Of a stretch of DNA of 37,937 nucleotides, positions 26,925 to 34,914 are shown one piece after another. Under the pieces are notes generated by a model. The model was not told where the DNA came from and did not search any database. It saw nothing but the letters and a program-made list of their open reading frames with translations. The position numbers and the translations under genes are program-made. This stretch comes from a virus (lineage: Duplodnaviria; Caudoviricetes), in the IMG/VR virus record IMGVR_UViG_3300025530_000419, positions 1 through 37,937 of that record. The stretch is one strand, 5' to 3'. Positions within the stretch are counted from its first letter, which is position 1. Every line of letters begins with the position of its first letter.

Positions 26925-27228
26925 ATTTCTCGTAAACCTCCTCGCGCTCTTCGTTGGTCCCATTTTGGACTATTTCCATCTCATGAAGAAACTTATTAAT
27001 GTAATCGACACATATTTTCTGCTCCTCGGAAAGTGGCTCAAATGCTTTAATGGCTTCTCTGTACATGTTTATGCCCCGGGAAAGGAAGTTTTTTAGCTTA
27101 TCAAATCGTTGTTTCCTCTCTGTAAACGACTCTTTTTTTTCCCGGACTTCTTGCCTGGGCTTTTTTTGGATAGCAATTCTTTCTCGGTAACTTGGTCTTT
27201 TTATTGGTATTTTTAGCAATAGCATCAC
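26905..27228 (-). CDS. Replication-associated protein resembling the C-terminal half of CHC2 zinc-finger proteins
   Basis: Between ERCC4 nuclease and DUF927 helicase; PSYRER...EPLSE pattern; no zinc finger. Confidence 0.5.
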   Translation of the reverse strand: MMLLLKIPIKRPSYRERIAIQKKPRQEVREKKESFTERKQRFDKLKNFLSRGINMYREAIKAFEPLSEEQKICVDYINKFLHEMEIVQNGTNEEREEVYEKYGKYIS

Positions 27229-27734
27229 CGCCTAGAACCGCTCAGGATCTCAATAATCCTCTTACCGGTATGTAATTTGTCGCAGAATTCAAACTTACAG
27301 CCATATTTTCGTTCTAGAGTGTGCATTATTTTTGCCAGGGTTTCGCCCTTCATGGCCTTGGTTTCCATGGTTGTCCACTTACCGGTTTGTCTATCCCTAA
27401 CCCTGACAAACCGCCGGGGATTCTGCCATTTGGCTACATCATCTATGCATTTGATTTGCGGGCTATGCTCTATGAGGATTATGAGCTTAATACCCATCTG
27501 CTGAGCCCTGATTAGCTCAGCCCTGAAGCGCTCATGGTCCTGACATACATTGGCGCACATTTCAGTTAGATTTTGCTTACGGTCTATGATTAACCTTGGA
27601 TTATCCAGAGACTGATAATCTCCCACAAAGAGTTTGTTGGTACAATAGACTACGCCCTGCCGATCGAACTCTTCCGTTATCTTCTTAATAGCTCTGGTTT
27701 TCTCCCTGCTGTCTATGAAAATTGTCAGACTCAT
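27225..27734 (-). CDS. ERCC4-domain nuclease (putative resolvase)
   Basis: IDSREK, KL.VGDY, IDRK.NL.E, RF.AEL.RA motifs. Confidence 0.9.
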   Translation of the reverse strand: MSLTIFIDSREKTRAIKKITEEFDRQGVVYCTNKLFVGDYQSLDNPRLIIDRKQNLTEMCANVCQDHERFRAELIRAQQMGIKLIILIEHSPQIKCIDDVAKWQNPRRFVRVRDRQTGKWTTMETKAMKGETLAKIMHTLERKYGCKFEFCDKLHTGKRIIEILSGSRR

Positions 27735-27749
27735 TTAATCAGCTCCTAT

Positions 27750-28190
27750 CTAATTAAATGGCAGCTCTTCATCAATGCTGTCCGGAATTGGCGCGAAGCC
27801 GGCAAAATTATCATTCAGTTCAGACAAAGGCGGTTCTTCAGGCAATGTCTGATGAGATGCTTTGCCAATCTGCACCGATTTACTTTCTACGAAATAGCAC
27901 TCTTCTACAACCACATCAGTGATATATATCTTCTGACCGTCATTATTGGTATAACTTCCAGTCTGTATCCGGCCAATAATACCAATTTTCATTCCCTTAT
28001 GAAAGTACTTTTCAATGAATTCTGCAGTTTTACCGAAGGCCACACAGTTTGGGAAATCCGCTTCAGGGCCTCCATCCTGCTTAAAACGCCTATCTACTGC
28101 AATGGTGAACCTGCTTATGGAAGTACCTCCATCTGTATACTTAACCTCTGGATCACGCGTGAAGCGGCCAACCAAAATTATTTTATTCAT
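27750..28190 (-). CDS. ssb: Single-stranded DNA-binding protein
   Basis: MNK.IL.GR.TRDPE, CVAFGKTAE, GRIQTGSY, acidic tail EELPFN. Confidence 0.96.
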   Translation of the reverse strand: MNKIILVGRFTRDPEVKYTDGGTSISRFTIAVDRRFKQDGGPEADFPNCVAFGKTAEFIEKYFHKGMKIGIIGRIQTGSYTNNDGQKIYITDVVVEECYFVESKSVQIGKASHQTLPEEPPLSELNDNFAGFAPIPDSIDEELPFN

Positions 28191-28203
28191 ATATTTGCTC
28201 CTT

Positions 28204-28956
28204 TCACATAAATGGGATTACGTCCAGGTTGACCGTAAGTCCTTTATCAGCTGCATAAACACGAACAAACGGACCGGCAACCTCTTGAATTTCTTGTATG
28301 AATTGTTTTTGATTAGAATTGCCATCACTAAGATGTAGAAGAATTATGTTATCCAACATTGGTGTTTTATTTTTCCGGATAAATTCTTTGCAGGTTTCCA
28401 GCTCCATATGGGATTGAAGTACTCTATCCCTGAGCATCTTATCTGTATCTCCCTGCCGCATCCGGCTATCAATAATTTTCTGGCTGTAGTTGCACTCAAT
28501 CATGATGTGATTAAGCTGCAACTTCCGGAAATTGAGCTTTATGTACTCGGTATCTGATGCAAACAGAAGCGTACCCATGTCCTGATGTCGGATGATATAG
28601 CCAAAAGGCTCTGCGGCATCATGCACGACCGGGAATGGAGTTACTGTGAAACCGCCCAACTGATACCAAAAGCCCGATTTAACAATCCTTACCGTTAAGA
28701 ACTCGGCATCCATATTATCAGCTGTACCTAATGACATGCGAATATCAATTCCTGTCTCATAAAAATCTTTTACATATTTGCAATGGTCTCCATGTTCATG
28801 AGTGACGAGCAAGCCCACAATTTTTGATACATTAAAATTCAACGCTTTCTTGACTTCCTTCAAGGGGAGCCCGGCCTCAAGGACCAGGCACTCCCTATCA
28901 TTTTCTAAAAGGTAACAGTTCCCTGAAGAGCTGCTACCTAAACACCTTAATTGCAT
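28204..28956 (-). CDS. MBL-fold metallo-hydrolase (putative exonuclease partner of RecT)
   Basis: LGSSSSGN, THEHGDH, HDAAEP, IECNY, LLHLSD.N; start set at MQLRC. Confidence 0.92.
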   Translation of the reverse strand: MQLRCLGSSSSGNCYLLENDRECLVLEAGLPLKEVKKALNFNVSKIVGLLVTHEHGDHCKYVKDFYETGIDIRMSLGTADNMDAEFLTVRIVKSGFWYQLGGFTVTPFPVVHDAAEPFGYIIRHQDMGTLLFASDTEYIKLNFRKLQLNHIMIECNYSQKIIDSRMRQGDTDKMLRDRVLQSHMELETCKEFIRKNKTPMLDNIILLHLSDGNSNQKQFIQEIQEVAGPFVRVYAADKGLTVNLDVIPFM

Positions 28957-28960
28957 AAAA

Positions 28961-29926
28961 TCACTCCTGTTGCATCCAGTCTGGGATATCCGGAGACTTA
29001 ACCAGAGGCTTTTCCTCTTTTTGCTGTTTCTGGGCTTGTTTTGCATTTTCCTGTGTCTGATCTTGCTTTGATTGCTCCTGCTTTAGTGTTTTGACTACTT
29101 CTCCCTCAATAGTTTCCGGCTCAACAAATTCCTCGGTATTCGCATTTTCCTGAATATCCTGTTGGACGGTCTCGGTGACAATATCCGTCTCTTCATCTGC
29201 TGTGTTCTCAAATGCTTCCGTTAAATAACCATCATCGGAGCTGTTAATGATATTTTTGCAGGCACGATTTATCACGGTCTTTTTGCACATTTGGTCTGTA
29301 AATTCAGTGTGCACTCCTTTACCTTCTACATATCCATATCCTTTAGCCCATGCTTTTTTAATCTGACTGATATGCATTATTTCAGTGTATGTATAGTCTT
29401 CCATGGTCACTATGGCATAGGCTCCGATAATTTTGCTGTTATCAATGTTCTTGAAATCCTGGACGTGCTTATCAATAACTTTAATTCCGTTCTCGATGTG
29501 GTATTCAAAAATGTCTCCTTCATAAATAACTTCGGCAACAATCCTCTTTGCTCCGCATCTTTTTGCCACCGCCATGGTTCCCTGATAGCTTCTCATTAGG
29601 GTAAGTTTCCCGTTATGAGCTATGAAGTAGCACTGTTTTTTCATCGGATTTAAGCCCTGAACGGTCATGTCAATAAGGGCTGCTGCAATGCTTTGCTTGG
29701 AGCATGACTGTAATACCGGCTTCTTATCTTTATCAAATGTCTCCTGCAGAATGAGGTACGCACTATTAAGTGCATTTGATACACTGTAGTTTGGCGGGAA
29801 TGATAAGCCATATTGCTGCTTCTTAGTGAGCTGGGCTGACAACTGATCTATAAACTGATTGTTTATTGCCAAATCCATTGGCGTTTGCTTACTTTGGGTT
29901 GCTACTGCATTTTTACTTTCTGCCAT
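28961..29926 (-). CDS. recT: RecT-family single-strand annealing protein
   Basis: QGLNP.KKQCYFI, RSY.G, IYEGD.F, FTDQM.KKTVINRA.K. Confidence 0.9.
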   Translation of the reverse strand: MAESKNAVATQSKQTPMDLAINNQFIDQLSAQLTKKQQYGLSFPPNYSVSNALNSAYLILQETFDKDKKPVLQSCSKQSIAAALIDMTVQGLNPMKKQCYFIAHNGKLTLMRSYQGTMAVAKRCGAKRIVAEVIYEGDIFEYHIENGIKVIDKHVQDFKNIDNSKIIGAYAIVTMEDYTYTEIMHISQIKKAWAKGYGYVEGKGVHTEFTDQMCKKTVINRACKNIINSSDDGYLTEAFENTADEETDIVTETVQQDIQENANTEEFVEPETIEGEVVKTLKQEQSKQDQTQENAKQAQKQQKEEKPLVKSPDIPDWMQQE

Positions 29927-29931
29927 GATAT

Positions 29932-30219
29932 TTATACCTCCTTAATTGATAATCTTTCATAATATCCCGGGAATACCTTTTCGGCTTCCGGATTAACATC
30001 CTCAGGGAATACAGAATACTGAGATCCGCTTATAGTAAATATGTCTTTGTGATCGCCCATATCTTCAATGCGAACTATTCTTGAAGTTCTAATAAATGTG
30101 CCGTCTGCATGAGATGAATGTCCATATACTTGTCCAACCAGTACCTTGTCTCCCAGTTCAGGCGCCTGATAATCGTTGTATAATCTATTTTCAATAAACC
30201 AATTCTTAAGTCTAATCAC
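29932..30219 (-). CDS. Hypothetical protein
   Basis: L.G.VYGH....DG..I.TS.I......T.SGS.Y pattern; translationally coupled to neighbours. Confidence 0.7.
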   Translation of the reverse strand: MIRLKNWFIENRLYNDYQAPELGDKVLVGQVYGHSSHADGTFIRTSRIVRIEDMGDHKDIFTISGSQYSVFPEDVNPEAEKVFPGYYERLSIKEV

Positions 30220-32156
30220 TTATACACCTCCACGACAAGTTCAGGATCCTCAGTTACACTGAGAGTTATCAACTGGCAATCCATCTCAGGAATATTAAAA
30301 TCATTGATACGCTCGGCATTATCCAGGAATACCGGCACAGAAACATCATAAATTCTCTGTAAGGCCTGAATGATGTCCAGCTCTGCCAGAATTTTATGTC
30401 CGCTATTCAAGGCTGTGCTGTAAGCTTGTCCGTTTATCATGGGTTCACATACCGGGTTGTAGCCGCCATTTATCTGGCGCTCAAAGAGCTTCCAGCGTAC
30501 AATCTTGAAATGTGCATTGATCTTTTCTGACAGCAGATTAACCTTGGCCTTATTAAACTCCTCCAACAGATAAATTTCCTTTTCTACATCAGCTATCTTC
30601 TGGCTAATCTGCCTCTGTTCTGTCTTAAGGTCTTCAACCCTGGCTTTTGCCTGGGCAACAATCTGTCTGCTGGCAAGGACACGATTAACAGAATCTATCT
30701 CATTCTGGATGGCTCTTTTTCTGTCTGCTATAGCCTGTTTTTTCGCATAAGCATCCTGGAGCAATCTTTGAGCTGCCTGAAGGTTTTCTTCATAATTCTG
30801 AAGGGATGCCTGGATAGCGATATATGTAGGGTCAGTCGATACATCCACTGACGCAGGAATATTTTCAAGCTCTTTCTGCAGATCTTCTTTTGCTCGGTTA
30901 AGCTCTCTCAACTGCAGTTCATATTCAAACACCTTGCTTTTGAGCCGTTCAAGTGCCTCTTTGCTTTTCTTAAGTGTATCAGCAACGCTTTTGCCCTTCA
31001 GATTGATCTGATACAGTTGTTTTTCTTTCTCTTCCTCAAAGTCGGCCAGGATTTTCTCCTTAACATCTGCATCATATTCCCTGTGGCATGTCGGACAAAT
31101 ATTTGCATTCGGAGATATTTCCTTGGCTTTTTCGGCTTTATATTGTTCGCCGAGCTCAGCCAGACGCTTCTCTGCTTCCGGAATATCTCTTTCGCACATC
31201 TCAATTTCGCGTTCAGCTCCCTGCTTCGCCCTTATGATAGAAGATATTTGCTGATCTGTATCAATGATCTTCTGCTGGATGTCATTCCGCTTACGTCTGT
31301 TCTCAGCATTGGCTTTTTGTTCTATGTCTGCAAGTTCGCCTTTTAGTTTGGTTATCTCAGCCTTAAATCGGTTAACTTCTTCATAAACGGCTGCATCAGA
31401 TGTATCATCCTCTATACTTGCAAGCTGCTCCCTGAGTTCCTGCAGCTTTGCCTCAGCTTCAGAATAATCCTGCTCAACAATAGACTTTGATACCTCATCT
31501 ATTCTGGCTGGGATTTCCTCAAGCTTCCTCATATATTCGGTAAGGGCTTTTTTATCCCTTGACAAGATTTCCTCGGAAGTGAACTGCGCCAGCTGGTCAG
31601 CAAGCGGTAGGAATTTTGGATCCGTTGCAAGTACATCCGCATCGGTCATATCGGATACCAGTCTAAATAGTGTTTTTCGCCGGTCCATTGGCTTCTGGGC
31701 CATGAAAGCATTGGTATTGCTAACGAACTTAAATATGTCCTCATCAATAATCCCAGCTATGTATTCCTTAAATTCTCTCTCAGTCTTCGGGATGGTATTA
31801 ATTTCATAAAAGTTGACGTTGCCCTGAAAAGTCTGTTCTTCAGCTCCACGCTTTTTGACCCAGTTCTGCTTCTGTGTCTTTGTCAGGGTTATTTCCCTAC
31901 CATCAACATCAATGACTAATTCAACCCGGATATCAATAAAATCAATATCATTGTTATACTGATCCTTAGGCCTTATATCAAAATTGGTAGCTCCAGAGCT
32001 ATCTTTGTTAAACAGCACCCACATAAAAGCATCTGCTATTGTGGTTTTACCGGAACCGTTAATTCCCTTAATGCTTGTCCTATTACCAAACTCTATCCGT
32101 CTGTCTTTACATCCTTTAAAATTTTGGATGTGCATTCTTTTCAGAAACATTCTCAT
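30216..32156 (-). CDS. SMC/Rad50-like AAA ATPase (YqaK-neighbour type)
   Basis: NFKG, Walker A GINGSGKTT, long coiled coil with CPTC zinc hook, LNSG signature, VFLDNAE. Confidence 0.9.
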   Translation of the reverse strand: MRMFLKRMHIQNFKGCKDRRIEFGNRTSIKGINGSGKTTIADAFMWVLFNKDSSGATNFDIRPKDQYNNDIDFIDIRVELVIDVDGREITLTKTQKQNWVKKRGAEEQTFQGNVNFYEINTIPKTEREFKEYIAGIIDEDIFKFVSNTNAFMAQKPMDRRKTLFRLVSDMTDADVLATDPKFLPLADQLAQFTSEEILSRDKKALTEYMRKLEEIPARIDEVSKSIVEQDYSEAEAKLQELREQLASIEDDTSDAAVYEEVNRFKAEITKLKGELADIEQKANAENRRKRNDIQQKIIDTDQQISSIIRAKQGAEREIEMCERDIPEAEKRLAELGEQYKAEKAKEISPNANICPTCHREYDADVKEKILADFEEEKEKQLYQINLKGKSVADTLKKSKEALERLKSKVFEYELQLRELNRAKEDLQKELENIPASVDVSTDPTYIAIQASLQNYEENLQAAQRLLQDAYAKKQAIADRKRAIQNEIDSVNRVLASRQIVAQAKARVEDLKTEQRQISQKIADVEKEIYLLEEFNKAKVNLLSEKINAHFKIVRWKLFERQINGGYNPVCEPMINGQAYSTALNSGHKILAELDIIQALQRIYDVSVPVFLDNAERINDFNIPEMDCQLITLSVTEDPELVVEVYK

Positions 32157-32169
32157 GATTTTAACCTCC

Positions 32170-32427
32170 TTACTGAACCCCCATAAATTTTCTTACGATC
32201 TTATTTCCACAGTTCCTACATATATGTATCCCTTCAACTTCCAGGATCTGTTCTGTTGACCCGCAAAACTTGCATCCTGGTTCATATTTTCTCAAACAAA
32301 TCATGTCTTCGTCAGTTAATATTTCTATGGGATCGCCTTCTTTTATGCCTCTTACGTTTCGCAATTCTTTAGGTATAACCACTCTTCCCAAATTATCTAA
32401 TCTTCTTATAATACCTGTATTTTTCAT
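32170..32427 (-). CDS. abrB: AbrB/MazE/SpoVT-family regulator with C-terminal zinc ribbon
   Basis: MKNTGIIRRLDNLGRVVIPKELR...GDPIEI; CKFCG...CRNC. Confidence 0.9.
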   Translation of the reverse strand: MKNTGIIRRLDNLGRVVIPKELRNVRGIKEGDPIEILTDEDMICLRKYEPGCKFCGSTEQILEVEGIHICRNCGNKIVRKFMGVQ

Positions 32428-32468
32428 AACCGATTGACCTCCTTATAATTTCATGCTAAAATTTACTT

Positions 32469-32522
32469 TGAATACTTTATTTTGTGCCCGATTGGAGTTG
32501 CCGCTCCTTAAGGGCTTTTTTC
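32469..32522 (+). ncRNA. Candidate ~55 nt small RNA, antisense to the early operon
   Basis: Promoter TTGACC-17-TAAAAT with TG extension (32434-32462), then a hairpin (32486-32515) and T6. Confidence 0.55.
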
Positions 32523-32562
32523 TTTCTCATTTCGGTTTTTTAAGTCTTCTTTCTTCAACCTT

Positions 32563-32883
32563 TTACTTCCTTTCTTTGGCTTGCATGTACCGGACAGTCT
32601 TCAATTTATCCCCTCGTATATCAAGTATTTTGGATTCAATTCTATTCATGTCCTCTTCTACAGCTTGCCAATTCGCTAGTGTGTTCATATCTCGGAGTAT
32701 GATAAAAAGTTCTCTTGCTTTATGTAAATTTATTTCTGCGCGGCTTAAATCAGCAAATGTACTCCGATTTGTAATTGAATTAGCTGCAATAATGTGTTCA
32801 TTTAATCTTGCTATCCATCTCTGCACTGTTTCACGCGGTACCGGTACAATAAGATTGCTTTTTGCTGATACCACATTATTCAA
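32563..32883 (-). CDS. Hypothetical helical protein, paralog of 34136-34408
   Basis: TTG start after SD AAGGAGGGG; aligns with the paralog (I.L..AR..F..L...ED.NRI..K..DIR). Confidence 0.75.
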   Translation of the reverse strand: MNNVVSAKSNLIVPVPRETVQRWIARLNEHIIAANSITNRSTFADLSRAEINLHKARELFIILRDMNTLANWQAVEEDMNRIESKILDIRGDKLKTVRYMQAKERK

Positions 32884-33076
32884 TTTGATCCCCTCCTTTC
32901 TCGTTAATAAGTCTTGCTGATATGTACAACCCAACAGCCCCGATTATAAGTCGCATTGTACACTGCCCCAGGCTTATTCGGTCCAAATCGCTTGCACCGG
33001 CTGTACCTAAAACCCAGAGTAAACTGATCATAAATGCTAAAAAGGCTGCAAGTTCTTTGACATTTTGTTTGTGTAT
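32876..33076 (-). CDS. Small membrane protein (66 aa, apparent ATA start), paralog of 34368-34607
   Basis: Manual translation (M)HKQNVKELAAFLAFMISLLWVLGTAGASDLDRISLGQCTMRLIIGAVGLYISARLINEKGGDQIE; SD AAGGAGG 8 nt before ATA. Confidence 0.7.
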   Translation of the reverse strand: MHKQNVKELAAFLAFMISLLWVLGTAGASDLDRISLGQCTMRLIIGAVGLYISARLINEKGGDQIE

Positions 33077-33090
33077 GGCTTGTCCCTCCT

Positions 33091-33271
33091 TTAACTCTTT
33101 ACTGCATAGAACACATCTTCTCCGTCATATACGTCATATCCGTCCGTAGTACAGATATATCTTGCACTCCTGGGCAGATCTTTCCGATCAACAATCTGGC
33201 ATTCATTAATACCTTCTAAAAAGTACAGATAAGTTGCTTTGGGTATTTCACTTTCGTAGTGGTTTGTTCAT
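33091..33271 (-). pseudogene. Small ORF (about 59 aa) with an apparent 1-nt insertion right after the start codon
   Basis: ATG-A-ACA AAC CAC...; frame TNHYESEIPKATYLYFLEG...DVFYAVKS is open to a TAA that overlaps the next SD; span is 181 nt (3n+1). Confidence 0.4.
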
Positions 33272-33371
33272 TAATTTCAATCACTCCCTATCATCTTGTA
33301 ATGCACTTCTGAATCGTGCAGATGATAGAAAATGATTTTTTAAGATTTCAAGTAATTTTCACAAGAATTAA

Positions 33372-34046
33372 TTACGCTACTAACATTAATTGCATCGCAA
33401 GTTGTCTACCAATCCATTCGGTATATGCTGGCGGTATAGCCTGCGCCAACTCTTTGCGTGTCATCCAGTCAATGCCCATAGCCATACTCCAATATTCAAG
33501 TATTTCTTTAGAAGTCATTCCTTTGACACCACCTGTACCACATACACTAATAAATCCTTTAGGGCTTATACCATTACCAGCACTTGGAGTTTTATCATTA
33601 TGAGGTTTATGTTTTGGAGCGTATAAAGGCATATTTGATTCGAATTGTCTGTGTCTATATACTTTTAATCCTTTAAACATTGACCCACACAAAACTATTG
33701 GATTTATCAATGGAGCACCCATAACATTTTCTATCACATAAGGCTTACCTGTAGCCTGTAACAATTCTCTTGTTGGTGTAATGAGGTCTGAATGTTCTTT
33801 ATAAGTACCATTTCTGGCTTTCCCCAGTGATTGTACTCGGCTAAATTTCTGACAAGGGGGTGACGCATGTATTACATCAAACTGACTTAAATCTTGTGTT
33901 TTAAGAAATTCTATTGCGTCCATTTGTATAAACTTATATGGATAATTTGGTTGCGGCTCTATATCGACTCCTACAACTTCAAAACCTGCTCTATGATAAC
34001 CTACTGAACAACCTCCAGCCCCACAATACAAATCTAATAATCTCAA
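33372..34046 (-). CDS. Orphan DNA (cytosine-5) methyltransferase
   Basis: LDLYCGAGG (motif I), ASPPCQ (IV), IENV (VI), RHR.FE (VIII), QAIPP (X); no cognate endonuclease adjacent. Confidence 0.9.
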   Translation of the reverse strand: MRLLDLYCGAGGCSVGYHRAGFEVVGVDIEPQPNYPYKFIQMDAIEFLKTQDLSQFDVIHASPPCQKFSRVQSLGKARNGTYKEHSDLITPTRELLQATGKPYVIENVMGAPLINPIVLCGSMFKGLKVYRHRQFESNMPLYAPKHKPHNDKTPSAGNGISPKGFISVCGTGGVKGMTSKEILEYWSMAMGIDWMTRKELAQAIPPAYTEWIGRQLAMQLMLVA

Positions 34047-34062
34047 TTTAATACCTCCTTAC

Positions 34063-34137
34063 AACCACCATGAAAGTTGTTTGAAGTGTTGTATAATTTT
34101 TTATGCTTGTTTCTGCAAACCACCATCAAAGTTGTTT
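34063..34137. repeat. Two 20-bp direct repeats (operator-like) flanking a promoter upstream of the methyltransferase
   Basis: AACCACCAT(G/C)AAAGTTGTTT at 34063-34082 and 34118-34137; - strand TTGCAG-17-TATACA between them. Confidence 0.7.
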
Positions 34138-34408
34138 ACCCTTTTTTACTCCGGATATCTGTAAGCTTGTCCGTGATTCGATTTATGTCCTCAACAGTGG
34201 CCCTCTCAAATTCTTCCGGCAAAAGGTCTAATAAAAACAAGGCTGTAAAAGCTCCTCTGGCTCGTTCCAAATGTATCAGAGCATTTTCTAATTCTTGATA
34301 AGTACATTTGCCAGTGTTTTTTGCCATTTGTAATTCGTATGTTATTTGCTCCATTACATTTTTAACATCAAGATGTTCTACCAGGTTGATCTCGATCTTT
34401 TTCCCCAT
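34136..34408 (-). CDS. Hypothetical helical protein, paralog of 32563-32883
   Basis: SD AAGGAGGG; sequence similarity to the downstream copy. Confidence 0.75.
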   Translation of the reverse strand: MGKKIEINLVEHLDVKNVMEQITYELQMAKNTGKCTYQELENALIHLERARGAFTALFLLDLLPEEFERATVEDINRITDKLTDIRSKKG

Positions 34409-34607
34409 TGCTTCCCTCCTTTCCGGATAAACCGTTGATTATTCTGGCTGTTATGTACAATCCTGCTACTCCTATCCCGAGCCGCCATATGCACTGTCCC
34501 AGGCTGATCTTGCCCAGATCGGATGCGCCGGCTGTGCCCAAGATCCAAAACAAGCTGATCAAAAAAGCAGAAAAGGCTGCAAATTCTTTGACACTTGGCT
34601 TGCGTAT
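34368..34607 (-). CDS. Small membrane protein (79 aa, apparent ATA start), paralog of 32876-33076
   Basis: (M)RKPSVKEFAAFSAFLISLFWILGTAGASDLGKISLGQCIWRLGIGVAGLYITARIIN; SD AAGGAGG 8 nt before ATA. Confidence 0.7.
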   Translation of the reverse strand: MRKPSVKEFAAFSAFLISLFWILGTAGASDLGKISLGQCIWRLGIGVAGLYITARIINGLSGKEGSNGEKDRDQPGRTS

Positions 34608-34646
34608 AGCTTGTCCCTCCTTCCAAGCTTGTCCACCGTTTACCGC

Positions 34647-34817
34647 TTACGCGGTTTTATCCTTCTTTTCTTTATTAGCTTTAGCTTGTGCATAAAGACA
34701 TAACAGAAAATTGTCTGCTACTCTTTGAAGTATTTCATTTGATTCTTTTTCACTACATATGTAATCATCATAAATTTTTATTGTTGTAGGGCCATCTTTG
34801 TATTCTTCAATAAGCAT
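34647..34817 (-). CDS. Small hypothetical protein (56 aa)
   Basis: Manual translation MLIEEYKDGPTTIKIYDDYICSEKESNEILQRVADNF...KDKTA; SD GGGAGGCG. Confidence 0.75.
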   Translation of the reverse strand: MLIEEYKDGPTTIKIYDDYICSEKESNEILQRVADNFLLCLYAQAKANKEKKDKTA

Positions 34818-34866
34818 TTAATCGCCTCCCATACAACATATGCTCTACTGTTTGTACATGTTGATG

Positions 34867-34914
34867 TTGACATTCTTTTATGTATGAGATATGATAATCA
34901 CGAACATATGTTTG
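34867..34914 (+). promoter_or_regulatory. Sigma-A promoter with an overlapping LexA (SOS/Cheo) box, antisense to cro
   Basis: TTGACA (34867)-17-TATGAT (34890) then CGAACATATGTTTG (34901-34914) at the predicted +1. Confidence 0.75.

Noticed and set aside
184-33626. Many + strand ORFs in the track opposite the phage genes
   Set aside because: Antisense shadows of well-supported - strand genes, without SDs or motifs
33372-34046. Restriction-modification system
   Set aside because: No adjacent endonuclease; orphan methyltransferases are common in phage early regions
34063-34137. Repeat-35 bp-repeat as a CRISPR mini-array
   Set aside because: Only two 20-bp repeats, no resemblance to CRISPR repeat ends I recognise, no cas genes, and the spacer contains a promoter; operators fit better
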